Positions 1-13,079 of a DNA stretch of 52,105 nt are shown here, piece by piece. Below the pieces are notes generated by a model. That model ran no database searches. It worked only from the letters and a program-made list of their open reading frames with translations, and was not told where the DNA came from. Origin of the DNA: Octopus bimaculoides (lineage: Eukaryota); the NCBI RefSeq assembly GCF_001194135.2, contig NC_068983.1:110908833-110960937 (forward strand). The letters are read 5' to 3'. Position 1 is the first letter of the stretch; the number at the start of each line of letters is the position of its first letter. The position numbers and the translations under genes are program-made.

Positions 1-43
<43 letters not shown>

Positions 44-60
44 TATACATACATATATCT
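1..60. repeat. (TA)n/(CA)n microsatellite
   Basis: Direct dinucleotide runs at the window start. Confidence 0.95.
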
Positions 61-917
61 GTGTGGGTGTATGTACGTGAATGAGAGCGTTGTTTATAAC
101 ATGCAAGAAAAAATGAACTCGCTATATAAGATAGAGTATAATTATATTCATTCGGCTACTCAATTATTGCTCTTCACCTTTACTTCAAGTTTCAAGTACC
201 CCTGAAGGAACAGTCTTCCATATTGGGCAATAACTTCGATTTACATGCCCATCTGATCAATCGCTTTTCGTAGTCTTCAAAAGCAGAGGTCATTGACCGA
301 CAAGTGTTTTTGATCTTCACTTTATCTCCTTTATTAGTTTCCGATCAAGGGCCATGCATGAATTTAAATACTTTTCGTTTCATCTAGGATCGCATTTTCG
401 ATTTTACTGTCAAGTTTATTCCACTGCTTGTTCAGTAAATATTTTACTGGTTCTGTTTATTTCAACCAATGAAATACATTTCCCTGGTATATTTGTCAAG
501 TCAATAGAGCTGAATACTTGTTACCTCCTCCTTCACTAAGGCATAGGTATTGCTTTTATTCGTGTTTTTTTTTTTTCTGTTTGACCGTGGACAATATATC
601 TCAAGAACCCTTAAATGGATTCCGATGAAACTTTAAGGGATGCTTGGCCTTGTGATCGATCCTAGACCAGACAAGGATTCTGGATTATTTTTCCTGTTTT
701 TGATAGCGGTCGGGTTCATTTCTAATATTTTGGATTGCGGGAGATGTCGAGTTAATTTCGGATATTCTCATTTTAAAAATTATCTCTGGCTAATCGTTGA
801 GAGGATGTTGGTGTTGCCTTGGCGTAGGTTTGCGCTCTCTGAGTGTTCTTGTTATGTATAAAATGTGTTCGCATTATTCGTACATACCCTGAGTATATAT
901 ATATATATGTATGTATG

Positions 918-961
<44 letters not shown>

Positions 962-1070
962 AGCATTATTATATGCAGATATGTATATGTGCATATATTC
1001 GTGCATTATACAAATAATATTTAAATCGTAAATGTATGCATACATATGAACTTACAAGCATATATAAAAA

Positions 1071-1373
1071 GGCAGAGTTATGGCTGTGTGGTAAGTATTT
1101 GCGCCCCAACCACATGATTCTGGGTCCAGTTCAGCTGTGTGGTACGTTCGGCAACTGAATTTCATAGCCCCAGTTGACAAAAGCATTGTGAGGGAACTTG
1201 GTAAATGGAAACTGAAAGAAATCCCATCAGACGTGTATGTATGAGTGTGTGCGTCTTTATGCTGTGTTTCTCCCGACTATATGGTAGTCGATGGAGGTTT
1301 GTTTTCCTCAATGTAAACTAGCGACTTGGCGATAAAAGAGCGATTAACAGGCTCTCAAAAAACAAGTACTCGA
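1071..1373 (+). mobile_element. Degenerate copy of bipartite tRNA-derived SINE (family A)
   Basis: Head ggc...tggctgtgtggtaagt...ccaaccacatg, then ggaaactgaaagaa, a microsatellite spacer and a decayed second half. Aligns by eye to 1829-2240 and 28651-29160. Confidence 0.75.
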
Positions 1374-1828
1374 GTCGATTGGTCTTGCTGGCTGTGTGGT
1401 AAGTATCTTACCTACCAACCACATGGTTCCGAGTTGAGTCCCGCTGCGTTGTCGATTGATCTTGCTGGCTGTGTGGTAAGTAGCTTGCTTGCTAACCACA
1501 TGGTTCTGAGTTCAGTCCCGCTGCGTTGTGCCTCGGGCCGACCAAAGCTTTGTGTGTGGATTTGGTAGACGGAAACTCTGTGTGCGTGCGTATATGTGTG
1601 TGTATGTATATGTATGTATGTGTGAGTGTCTGTGTTTGTTCCCCTACGTCGCTTGAAAACCGATGCTGGCGTGGTTACGTCCCCGTAACCTAGCGGTTCG
1701 GCAAAAAAATCAATAGAATAAATATTAGGCTTACAAAGAATATATCCTGGGGTCGTTTTGCACGACTAAAGGCGGTGCTCCACCATGGCCGCAGTCAGAT
1801 GACTGAAACATAAAAGAATAAAAGAATA
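1374..1828 (+). mobile_element. Family A SINE with tandemly duplicated head
   Basis: 77 bp unit repeated at 1374-1450 and 1451-1527, followed by SINE body, TG/TA spacer, second half and taaaagaa tail. Confidence 0.85.
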
Positions 1829-2240
1829 GGCGTAAGAGTGGCCGTGTGGTAAGTAACTCGCTTACGAACCACATGGTTCCGGGTTCAGTCCCACTGCGTG
1901 GCATCTTGGGTAAGTGTCTTCTACCATATCCTCGGGCTGACCAAAGATTTGTGAGTGAATTTGGTAGATGGAGACTGAAAGAAGCCCGTCGTATATATGT
2001 ACATATATATATATGTATGTGTGTGTATATGTTTGTGTGTCTGTGTTTCTCCCCGCCAACATCGCTTGACAACCGATGGTGGTGTGTTTACGTCCCAGTA
2101 ACTTAGTGGTTCGGCAAAAGAGATCGATAGAATAAGTACTAGGCTTACAAAGAATAAGTCCTGGGATCGATTTGCTCGACTAAAGGCATGCCTCAGCATG
2201 GCCACAGTTAAATGACTGAAACAAGTAAAAGAGTAAAAGA
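1829..2240 (+). mobile_element. Full-length family A SINE
   Basis: ggcgtaagagtggccgtgtggtaag head with ggttcagtccc B-box-like motif, internal (TA/TG)n, 3' half ending gtaaaagagtaaaaga. Near-identical layout to 28651-29160. Confidence 0.9.
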
Positions 2241-2305
2241 TTATATATATGTATATATATATGTGTGTATATATATATGTATATATGTGTATATATACGT
2301 ATATG

Positions 2306-2357
<52 letters not shown>

Positions 2358-2358
<1 letters not shown>

Positions 2359-2492
2359 GACAGACTTCTTTCAGTTTCTGTATACCAAATCCACTCACAA
2401 GGTTTTCGTCGACCCGAGGCTATATTAGAATACACCAGACACCCAGGAAGCATAAGGTTGGGAAGCAAACTTCTTACCACGCAGCCGCATCT
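2358..2492 (-). mobile_element. Family A SINE 5' half, inverted
   Basis: cttctttcagtttc...accaaatccactcacaagg...cttaccac is the reverse complement of the family A first half. Confidence 0.8.
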
Positions 2493-2605
2493 TACATACA
2501 TACATACCTTCGTACATATATATATACATACATACATACATTCATACGCACACACACATATATATATATATATATGTGTGTGTGCCTGTGTGTATGGATG
2601 TGTGG

Positions 2606-2643
<38 letters not shown>

Positions 2644-2673
2644 TCAACAGCGACGCTTGCTGGGTTCGGCTTC

Positions 2674-2716
2674 TCCACATCGATTAGGGGCAAATACCCC
2701 GAAACTTATCTGTGGA
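2674..2716 (+). ncRNA. Degenerate minimal type I hammerhead ribozyme-like motif
   Basis: Stem I TCCACA/TGTGGA, stem II GGGG/CCCC and GAAAC are intact. Core reads TCGATTA instead of CTGANGA and the triplet ATC cannot pair C15.2. Confidence 0.5.
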
Positions 2717-2933
2717 TGTTTGAACCACCGTGGGGAAGCTTATGACCTCCCCTATTCGAAGGTTGTAATGGACACAAGTTTGTATGCCATATAGCTAGCT
2801 GGAGGCGATGGCCTCTTGACGCTAATTAACAGCAGCATTCGTCTTATTTTTCTGGACTGCGATGTTAGCTTGGCTATAACTATTAGTACCCAGTACTGCT
2901 GCCGTAGTCTCCTTTAGAGACATTTAGAAATAA

Positions 2934-2972
<39 letters not shown>

Positions 2973-3510
2973 GAAGAACTAATAAATAGATAGAAGTATT
3001 CACACAGCATTGTTTATGATGCTTCGGGGCACTCCTGACCATAATATCAATAAATGTTGATTTATAGGATTGTTCGATTAGCAAGGCGACTGGTGTATTG
3101 CTTAAAAGTTTATTCAATCATTGTTTTTTCCGAAATCCAAAGGAAGCGAATTGACAATTTGCCAAAATGAAGGCTGGTTCTTAAAGTTGAAGTAAATCTT
3201 AAGAATAAAATTGCCTCCTTTGGTAAGAGAGATGTAACATAATAAAAGCCATCATACGAAGTTTATCGGCTGTTTACTTTAAACTAAATGGGAAGAATTT
3301 ACATAAATACTAAAACAATAAATACCAAGACAGCAATTTTATCGATAGAAAGACTGCTATAAATGGTTCTTTACTTACAACCTTTTGCAATAATATATGT
3401 CTGAAATAAAAACATGTAATTATACAAACACACACATACACAAACACATACACATACACACACATAGTCACACACACGCACAGACACACACATACATATA
3501 TACACACATA

Positions 3511-3729
3511 TATACAAGAGATGTTATGAAGTTTCTGATTTTAGGTAAAAAGAAATACAAGCGGATAAGTTAATTGTGATTTTTTTCAACATATTCCCCT
3601 TTCAGCTTTACACGCTTATTGAAGCGATCCTTCAGATTTTCTCAGCCTTGTGAAAGAACTTCGAAGGCTGGAAACCTACTCAGGCGTTTCGTGATATCCT
3701 TAAAGACAAATTTTTTTAGCAACCCCTTG

Positions 3730-3733
<4 letters not shown>
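3511..3733 (-). mobile_element. Non-autonomous mariner derivative (MITE-like)
   Basis: TA-flanked imperfect TIRs (tacaagagatgttatgaagttt / rc tacaaggggttgctaaaaaaattt). Minus strand encodes LKDRFNKRVKLKGEYVEK, matching the mariner transposase C-terminal RWxKCxxxxGxYxE motif. Confidence 0.75.
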
Positions 3734-3780
<47 letters not shown>

Positions 3781-4230
3781 GTGTGTGTGTGTGTAAACGG
3801 AAGACTGGAGGCATATACAAGACTGGAGATGAAGAAAAAAGGTTGGGCGTTCCTCTAAAATCCTTATTAACAATTATAATTTCTGATGAACTTTTGACAA
3901 AGCAATACATGCTTTCTTGTATCAACTACTGTCTACAAATTCACTCTGTATATATGCTTATAAACCTTTAAGATTTCTGTTGAACGTATAAACAATTATG
4001 ACCTTATTATACTGCCCATTGTGAACACTTTTATGTAAACTTTTAAGCTCAATGCCTCTCGTAAAGACTCTTATCACTGTATTTTAATACATCTATGTTA
4101 ACTAAATTTTAACACCACAATGGTTCCGCAAAGCTTTTCACTTTGCTTTTGAAAACCATTTGTTAAAATAAGTGAACCCGGTCAAGTCAATAAACATCTT
4201 TAAAAGACCTCTGCATTTTCAAATCCTTTT

Positions 4231-4262
<32 letters not shown>

Positions 4263-4868
4263 NNNNNNNNNNNNNNNNNNNNNNNNNNNNNNNNNNNNNN
4301 NNNNNNNNNNNNNNNNNNNNNNNNNNNNNNNNNNNNNNNNNNNNNNNNNNNNNNNNNNNNNNNNNNNNNNNNNNNNNNNNNNNNNNNNNNNNNNNNNNNN
4401 NNNNNNNNNNNNNNNNNNNNNNNNNNNNNNNNNNNNNNNNNNNNNNNNNNNNNNNNNNNNNNNNNNNNNNNNNNNNNNNNNNNNNNNNNNNNNNNNNNNN
4501 NNNNNNNNNNNNNNNNNNNNNNNNNNNNNNNNNNNNNNNNNNNNNNNNNNNNNNNNNNNNNNNNNNNNNNNNNNNNNNNNNNNNNNNNNNNNNNNNNNNN
4601 NNNNNNNNNNNNNNNNNNNNNNNNNNNNNNNNNNNNNNNNNNNNNNNNNNNNNNNNNNNNNNNNNNNNNNNNNNNNNNNNNNNNNNNNNNNNNNNNNNNN
4701 NNNNNNNNNNNNNNNNNNNNNNNNNNNNNNNNNNNNNNNNNNNNNNNNNNNNNNNNNNNNNNNNNNNNNNNNNNNNNNNNNNNNNNNNNNNNNNNNNNNN
4801 NNNNNNNNNNNNNNNNNNNNNNNNNNNNNNNNNNNNNNNNNNNNNNNNNNNNNNNNNNNNNNNNNNNN
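4263..4868. other. Assembly gap (N run)
   Basis: Run of n flanked on the left by (TA)n. Confidence 1.
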
Positions 4869-6205
4869 TATAATGTGTAGTATAAGAATTACTAGGCAAC
4901 AAATATCTTTTTGTTTCCTAAAATTATCTTTGCTTCTAAAGGGGATAATTGCAATTGAGAAAAGCACCATATGTGAAAGGGAAATATCGTGAATAAAGAA
5001 CCCCTTAAAGCTGACATAACATTAATGAAAAGGAGAGGCTTATTGTCTAGAGATAAGAAAAAGTCATGATGGATACGTGACCTATCTCCAGCTGCCAAAG
5101 GACCTATATAAATATACATATATATATAAGTGTACAGCATATTTATCGATTAGCTAATTATCATTATTCAAAGGAATATGAGCTGAGGGATGTAACTCAG
5201 AGGGGCCAATATCATGTACGTGAACACCATAGAGAAATGCAGGTAGAAAATAATATATTATACAAAAAATTTCTTGATTTATTGAATCCATTTACACCTC
5301 TTATTGCTGTATCAGAGTTACGAGAAGGCAATTGAAATGAGCTCCGCATAGGAAGGGAAGATTCTCTCAGGATTCCAGAATCTTTCAAATTTGACACCCC
5401 TTTACGGAATATGATGTTAATACATATACTCCTATCTGTTATAAATATACATACCACTGGTCAACCTGAGTTATTTCTCTTACCTAATATTGTGTGTACA
5501 TACGCACATTTATATGTACATACACACATATATCTATATGAAAAGCCTGCAAATATGTATACTGTTATGTACATTCGTGAATGGACATCGAAATAACGCG
5601 TGTAAAATTTTAGAACTATGCCACAATAATTTCTGTCGCCACTAATGCATCGAAAATGGAAAAAATGGGGGAAAAAACGCTTCTACTGATTTAGTAACTA
5701 TAACATACGGTTTCCATTGCATCTTCTTCTGGTGACTTTTAAATGACCGTGATGAAATTACTTTAAAATACGACTTTACCATGTATTTTTTCTATGTGAC
5801 TTTATCTTCTGCCTCAACAAAGAGGGTGGAGGGTGTATTGTAATTTACATCTACATGAAAACGTTACTGAATTTGATAAATTACAATATTTATGATATCT
5901 TTGTATACTTTTAGGCATTTGTAGAGGCAGAAGATGAAGTTATAGAAAAAACATGTTGAAGTCGTATTGCAGAGAAATTTCATCACAGTCATTTCAAAGC
6001 TACTCGAAGTAGATGCAATGAAAATTGTATTTTATAGTCAATATATAAGTAGGGGCGATGTTTTTTCACAGAAGATATTGTTATAGAGTCCTGAGATTTT
6101 ACACCACTCATTTCGATGTACGTTCACAAATCTGACGCTCTGTCCCCATCACGAAATCGAAAATCGTGAAAAAACGCTCCATTCTAATATATATATATAT
6201 ATATA

Positions 6206-6308
6206 NNNNNNNNNNNNNNNNNNNNNNNNNNNNNNNNNNNNNNNNNNNNNNNNNNNNNNNNNNNNNNNNNNNNNNNNNNNNNNNNNNNNNNNNNNNNNNN
6301 NNNNNNNN
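6206..6308. other. Assembly gap (N run)
   Basis: Run of n within (TA)n. Confidence 1.
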
Positions 6309-6359
6309 ATATATATTTATATATATATATATATAGTTGAAATTTATAGAAGAAAAAAT

Positions 6360-8292
6360 AACGAAGAAAGGTGTATGAACAACAAGCAGGTGTACTAGTT
6401 TGACTGTCGGGGAAATGAAGAAGTCTTTTATGTTTTGAGCCTACGATCTTCAACAGAAATGAATAAGAGAAAATAAACGGAGAGGGAATGAGAAGAAATG
6501 TGTAGAGTTAGTGGTCAAGCAACGCGAATGATTAGAAAAATTTTTTGAAACAAAATGCTGAAAGAAAGGGAGTGTTAAGTTAGAAGTTTGAGTCAGTCGG
6601 TTTGTAGTGGATGGAGGTAGTGAGAGCAGAGTGGTGTATAGTGACACAAATGTCGAGAAATTCGACGGAAAAGCAAAGGAGCGAAGATGGAATATTAGAT
6701 TCAGTTCACGGTGAAGGCGGGAATCCGGATGTCCCCTGTGCAAATACAGTCGGAAAACAGACATATGTTGTAGCGAATGACTGGTAGGGCGGAAATGTCG
6801 TGAGACCGAGGAGTCATTGCTCAGTCTCATGTCTCGGACGTGCACCGCGAACCAGTCAGTTAAGCGGCGTCTCTTTTCATCTATGTATAGGGAAGGGTAG
6901 AAAGAGCAGGAGATGCAGTATATGACGTTGCTAGGTAAAGGAATCGGTGATATGATAGGGACGATGATGGATGCCTGTGAGGATGGTGGTGTTAGAGAGG
7001 TAGGGGCAAGTACGGTAGCCTGGGCGGCAGTAGGGAATGAGAAAGGGAGGTGTGGTTACTGAAGAAACTGTGGACCAAGTAGTCATGTAGGTTATGGGCT
7101 CGTTTGAAGGAGGGAAGGGGGTAGGTTGCGGAAGAAGTGAGAGGTGGAGGGGCCAGACTGGAGTCACTGCAAGGTTCGAAGAATTGTGCGTTGCAGGGGA
7201 GGGTGGAGGGGCGGTAGGTAAAGGGAAACGGGAGACGGTGGGGTGGGTGTGGAGAGAAAGAGCAGTGGTGCGGTCCACAGAACGTGCCGTAACAAGGGCA
7301 CTGTGGTTAGTTGTGAGTGGGTATCCATGAAGGATGAAGTGGCGAGACATGAGTTGAGATTGAGACTCAAAGTCATGGTCGTCACTGCAGAGCCTGCGCA
7401 GACGGAGGAATTGGAGTAGGGGATGGAGAGCTTGGTGTGTGAGGGTGGAAGGAGAAGTTAAGGTAGAAGTGTGAGTCAGTCTGTTTGTAGTGGATGGAGG
7501 TAGTGAGAGCGGAGTGGGGGTATAGTGACACAAATGTCAAGATTCGACAGAATAGTTAGAAATAATGCAGGAGAATTCGAGAGCAGGGTGGAAAGATTGG
7601 ACAAACAAGAGGAAGGAGTCTAGTTGTTCGCGGGAGAGCGAGGTCGTACCGATACAGTCATCGATATAACGACCGTATAGTTTGGGAGTAGGACCAGTGA
7701 ATCGTGAGAATATTTGGGCCTCAACGTAGCCAACGAACAGGTTCGCATAGTTGGCGCCCATTCTCGTTCTCATGGCCACTCCCTAGAATTGTTGGTAAAA
7801 GTCACCCGCGAACGAGAAGCCCTTAAGGGAGAGAACAAGTTCGGCCGGATGAAGAAGTATGGAGGTGTCAGGTTGGGGTTAGGTCGAAGGTCCAGAACGT
7901 GTTTTAGTGGAAGAAGGCTTTCGTTGTGTGGTATCACCGTATATAAACTCTAATCAAGAGCGAAGATAGCAAGAGTCAGGAGAAGTTTAGAAGGGCCAGG
8001 AGAGAAAGAGAAAGAGTTAAAGACACGGAGAACATGGTAGTGTCGTGGATGTTGGAGTGGAGGAAAGCGACTGGGAGGAGCAAGCATACGGTCGAAGTAT
8101 TTAGAGATCAATTCCGAGGTGCAGATTCAGGTGGAGACAATGGAGCGGCCAGGATGGTTGAGCTTGTGGTTTTTAGGAAAGAAGTAAATAGTGGAGAGCG
8201 GAAATGAGTTTGGTGGGGCGAAGAAGAAATGATGTCATGGATAGTGGAGGACACAGTCTGTTGGTAGTTAGGCATAGGGTTGGAGGGTAGAG
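6360..8292 (-). mobile_element. Penelope-like retroelement, 5'-truncated and frameshifted (RT + GIY-YIG + 3' terminal repeat)
   Basis: Minus-strand peptides MAMRTRMGANYANLFVGYVE...YGRYIDDCIG (PLE RT core), QFLRLRRLCSDD (thumb), EHVRDMRLSNDSSVSRHF...LIFHL (GIY-YIG C-terminus), then a decayed hammerhead motif. Confidence 0.9.
6424..6459 (-). ncRNA. Decayed hammerhead motif at the PLE 3' end
   Basis: Minus strand reads ttt CTGTTGA a gatc gtag gctc AAAA CAT A aaaga. Same scaffold as 15796-15830 but with core substitutions. Confidence 0.5.
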
Positions 8293-10596
8293 GGCAATAA
8301 AAAGATTTGTATAGCAATATGTTTCAACACAGGATTTCACATCAGGTATCTTGCAAAACAAATACATAAATATAATAATTATTTGTCAAAATGAATGAAA
8401 GAAAAGGAATTACGAAGCAGCAAGCTCAGTCTTTTCTTTCAAACATATATTACTATCACGTGTATCTGCAAGTGCGATCTATTTTTTCCTTTTTATATTT
8501 CTTAATTTATCTTTATGCTTGGTCTGGAAAGATGATGTTCCCAAATCCATTAGTCTGACATTTGGAGTCTTTTACAATGTCATTTTCAATATAAAGTCGT
8601 ATGTAGTACACATTGTCTGTTTTAAATCAAAATTATTCTACACTAATAGCGAAATACAAATCTAGATTAGACATATAGTGATAGATCACAATGATGTATT
8701 ATCAAAAATATATCATGATATGAAATCTCTCAGGATTGAGTATTATATGATTTTAAATGCAATGTTGAGTATTTATTTTATGTGTTATATAATTATTCTC
8801 AACATACTTAAGAATTAAACGCAGCATGCGTGGGCACCAAATCATTCTAAGAGTTCAATTAAAAAATAAGATGGTGAAAGTCTTGAAATGTGAAGCTAAT
8901 TGAATTAGGAAAACTATTTGTTCCTAAGGAAACGTAAAAGACTAAAAAACAGAGATATGAAATATCCTCAATAAAATCAAATTAAGATTGAACATAGTCG
9001 TTTTTCTTAATATAACACACATACTCACTGACACACACAGGTATGCACATGCACACACATATAGATAAACCTCCGTACATCTTCCATCGGACAAATTTCA
9101 CTGAGATGCTATTGATCAACCGGAGCTTATAGAACGATGCACTTACTTGTCCCATGTGCCACATAATTGTGCGGAATTGACTTGAAAGTCGTTTCGAAAC
9201 GAAATTATAAACTGAATATTAGGTTATGAATACGTCTATAATTTAACAATATCCTACTTGAGCTCCTTGGTGTTTTATTGTTTCAAGAAAACTTTGATTA
9301 TTCTACTTGATTCTGCATCGTTTATCTAAACTTAAGTCTATCTCTTGTTGATGTAGTTGTGAAGAAAGTTATTAAACTGACACAAGTAAATAAATAGTAT
9401 TTATTTCTTGGGGATTAGACACCCGTATCATAACAGTATCGCAATGTGAAATTACATAATATAATAATCAATTATGACCACCTCTTCTAAAGAGTTACGT
9501 TCAAATAATATGACGCAGCTTTTAGATTTCCCTATAGATACGAAATACAGCATAATTATTAAAACAACACATTTAAAGCAGTTTTTGTTTAAGATCCCGG
9601 AGAAACGTATTTGAGATGCTGCAAATTCGACTCGCTGTAGAACCATTTGTGCCAGCAATTGTTAAATTTAGAAGTGCAGAAGGCATACCACCTTGTTTCA
9701 TTGATTAGATAAATTCTACAAAGATTTGAAACGATTAACTTTGCTGGTAACAGAAATTTTATAAATGATTCCGGATAATTTTCACAATGAATAATTTGTT
9801 ATAGCAAAAACTTTTGCTATTTTGAGTTAGATATTTTTATCACATCATTTGGAAATTATTTGATATATAAACTGGAAATGAAGGCAATTCATCATCAATG
9901 TAATTATGTGGTTATGATGATTGAAATGCCCGGCTTATACTAATATACTTCGCAAACATTAGAACATGGCGTTAGAAAATCGCTGCAACTAAACCAACTT
10001 TAATTTCGAAATCACTTATGATAATTCTATTACACACCTGCAGTGTAAAATAATGGTACATTTTCGTCATGAGATTTCAATCATAGCATTGCTGGATATC
10101 AGAAAATATGTTCAAATTGCGAAATTCATTTTGATTAAGATTAGCTGTATTAAAGTAAGTTGAGATAGCAGTGTCCCACAGTATACTGCACTGACATTGT
10201 CATTGTTTTATATCTGAACAATGGAAAATATATTAAATAGAAAATGTAAAAAACAAATAGGAAAAATAGCAAAATCGATCATGCAACTTCAAAAGAGTTA
10301 TTCGTTTGGTATTAAATTGCAAAAATGTAAGTTTTATTAAAGCTAAACCAAAAGTATGTGTGGTAAAGCAAACCTTCACACGTTAAATGTCGGTTCTGCA
10401 ATACACAACATCTCAAACGGTGTCTAACAGAAGATTACCTATGTGGCTGGTCGTTGCAGAATAATTAGAGGCACTGAAATTATATTTTCGTATTCCACCT
10501 TACTACTGTAAAAAAAAGAAGAAAACAACGGACAGACTTGTTCCACTTGATATAATATTATAATGATAATTCAAACAGCAGCAGCAGTAGCGATAA

Positions 10597-10597
<1 letters not shown>

Positions 10598-10662
<65 letters not shown>
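10598..10662. repeat. (AGT)n microsatellite
   Basis: Direct trinucleotide run. Confidence 0.95.
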
Positions 10663-10663
<1 letters not shown>

Positions 10664-11256
10664 CGTTGTTGTTGTAGCAGAAGTAGTAGTGTAAAAGAGA
10701 ACATAATAGATCGTTTTATTTTCAACCACATTATTGATATGTTGTTCCATTTTGTTTTCCTGTACCTCTAAACTTCATGAATACTTCTATGAAAATAATA
10801 ATAGATGAGGACGGATGTTTTCATTTACATACATTTGGTTAAAATCTTAACATGATTGATATTGTTGAAGATTTTCAAAACAAAAATAATCAAGTATTTT
10901 GAAGGAAATTTCTCGGTAAATATTTGTTTGAATGATACATTTTTATATATCGAAACAAATATATGGTTATATAAGTTTGAATGGAGACAGTTATTCGCTT
11001 TGAAAAATAAGTTTGACAAATCTAAAGATTTATGTCACCAAGCGAACATATGTGATTTCTTTCGATGTTTTATATTTGCAGTGATTTTGTGAAGAGTCAA
11101 AACTTGTAATAACATTTGGAAATAGGAGTATTTAATTAAATTAAGAGTGAACTGATAGCATAGACGTAATTGACATGTAGATATGATCATTTTTATCATT
11201 TGATTTGTTTTTTTCTTATATTTCTAAATATCTTTAACTTAAACACAGATTGCACA

Positions 11257-11425
11257 ATGGCATATATCCAAAAATTACTGGAGACATGTGTACTAATGAG
11301 CATGGTAATTGAGGTTTCATTTGGTAGAAATTTTCCGTTGAACAACACGAACACACTTCAATTGGAGGCAAAACTACCCGAAGTAATATCCGCAGATTCT
11401 ATTCCAATGAAATCAACTACATACA
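11257..11425 (+). CDS. First coding exon of Pif-like LamG protein (putative signal peptide + linker)
   Basis: Acceptor aacacag at 11248, ATG at 11257, MAYIQKLLETCVLMSMVIEVSFG-RNFPLNNTNTLQLEAKLPEVISADSIPMKSTTY. Hydrophobic stretch ends in small residues (SFG). Donor A|gtaagc is phase 1, matching the phase-1 acceptor at 29272. Confidence 0.7.
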
Positions 11426-12129
11426 GTAAGCTATCGTGATATTATTTTTCTTCTTTTCAAGAGGTTACATGTATATTTTCAAATAACTGTAATGTTAACA
11501 TGCAGGAAGACACACATAGAATACATGTGCAGACACGACTTTTCATAAATTTTTTTTTTCAAATCTTATTCAAAAGTTCAACACCATAGGTGACCTTTTA
11601 CTTTTATACATATTGAATCGTAAGATTACTGACAAACTTTGATATTACACAAGTAAAAAAGACAATACTGTGTGTATGTATGTATATATCTAGCAATCTT
11701 ACTATCACTTGACATACAGATAGATAGCAATATCTTTCTCACTCTCTCACTCCACACACATACACATATATATGCTAACACACAAATGCATACATATATG
11801 CTTCGCGCTCCAACAACTGATAGAATGGCATAATAATGACTATCCTTTCGAAAGCACGTTAGTGTCATATTTAAATTGGGTGACACCTACTGGAACTCAA
11901 GAATAGGATTCAAATTATCTACTGACCGTTTACACATTATATATACGTAACACCATATACTGACGTATTTAAAAGCAAAGGATTCGACATTTGCTACATT
12001 TACTCTCAGAAATTAGAAAATAGTAAGTAAATACAAGAAGACATTTTGTTAAACCGACGAAATATTCTTTCATACATGACAATAATGATTTTTGATATCA
12101 GCACAACTTCATAAATAAAGTCTATATTG

Positions 12130-12360
12130 GCAGTGAATACCAGATCGAGTAATATGTCTTTTCGACCAAGATAAGGAATGAGCGGTGCTTGAGTAAAACT
12201 CTAGTATTGCTAGGATGAGATTTCCCATCCTTCTGAGTACTTTTGGCTGACGCGACACTTTATGTCAAAACACCAGTATCCCGTGATGCAGTGCGTCATT
12301 TAGACCATTTTGTTGAACACACTGATGTCTAAAATAGAGAGGTTATTCTCATAAAACATA
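12130..12360 (-). mobile_element. Old Penelope-like RT thumb remnant
   Basis: Minus strand ENNLSILDISVF...KCRVSQKY resembles the PLE E..LPFLD...Y.K...S....K.G region; heavily decayed. Confidence 0.35.
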
Positions 12361-13079
12361 TACTACAGCATTCACAATAGTTTGCGTGAATCCGCCTGCT
12401 TAGACATGTTAAGAATAAATATGCAAATAATCATTCCTGATCTCGCCGTAAATGGTGCAAACAACGCTTTTAATTGTCATTTTGTTTTGGTTTATTTCAT
12501 TTAATTTCAACGAACAGATTAAGCTAAACTACATGTAATTATATCACATTAATATTTTCGTTTTGCTAATATTGCTGAATAAAAAGCTACTCTAAATAAT
12601 CCCTGTAAACCAAACATTATATGAGAATATCGAGACTATAGGACTGCCCAGATTTAAAAGTGAAATTAGCACCAATTATGCATTAACAACTATTAAATGA
12701 GGGTTGGACATCAAGGAACACATGTGAAAGTTCAAAATATCAGTCATTTTTGAAGCAGTTCTTATTCATAGAAAGATATCTTCTACTTGGGACTTTTTTG
12801 TTAATGCTCTGCATTTAACGTGAAGAAGAAATATCATTAAAAATCTGATATTGTATATCCATTCTGTGCAACAAAATATAATAACAACGACAACAGCCAC
12901 AACATATAATCTTAGCTAATCATCTTTTCCTGATTGTTAAATATTGCTGTGATCCCTTATTTCCATCCATCCACCCCTCCGTTTTCTCTACTGACGATTC
13001 TTGGAAGAGCTATGGTGGTAGAAACCACAGGCACCTCCTCAGTAAGGTCCCATTAAAAGTAACCTACATTATATTTACC

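Noticed and set aside
2180-2794. YI/CV-rich ORFs here and at many other dinucleotide runs
   Set aside because: Translations of (TA)n/(TG)n microsatellites and SINE bodies.
4172-4970. ORFs of 227-245 aa
   Set aside because: They span an N gap; artefacts.
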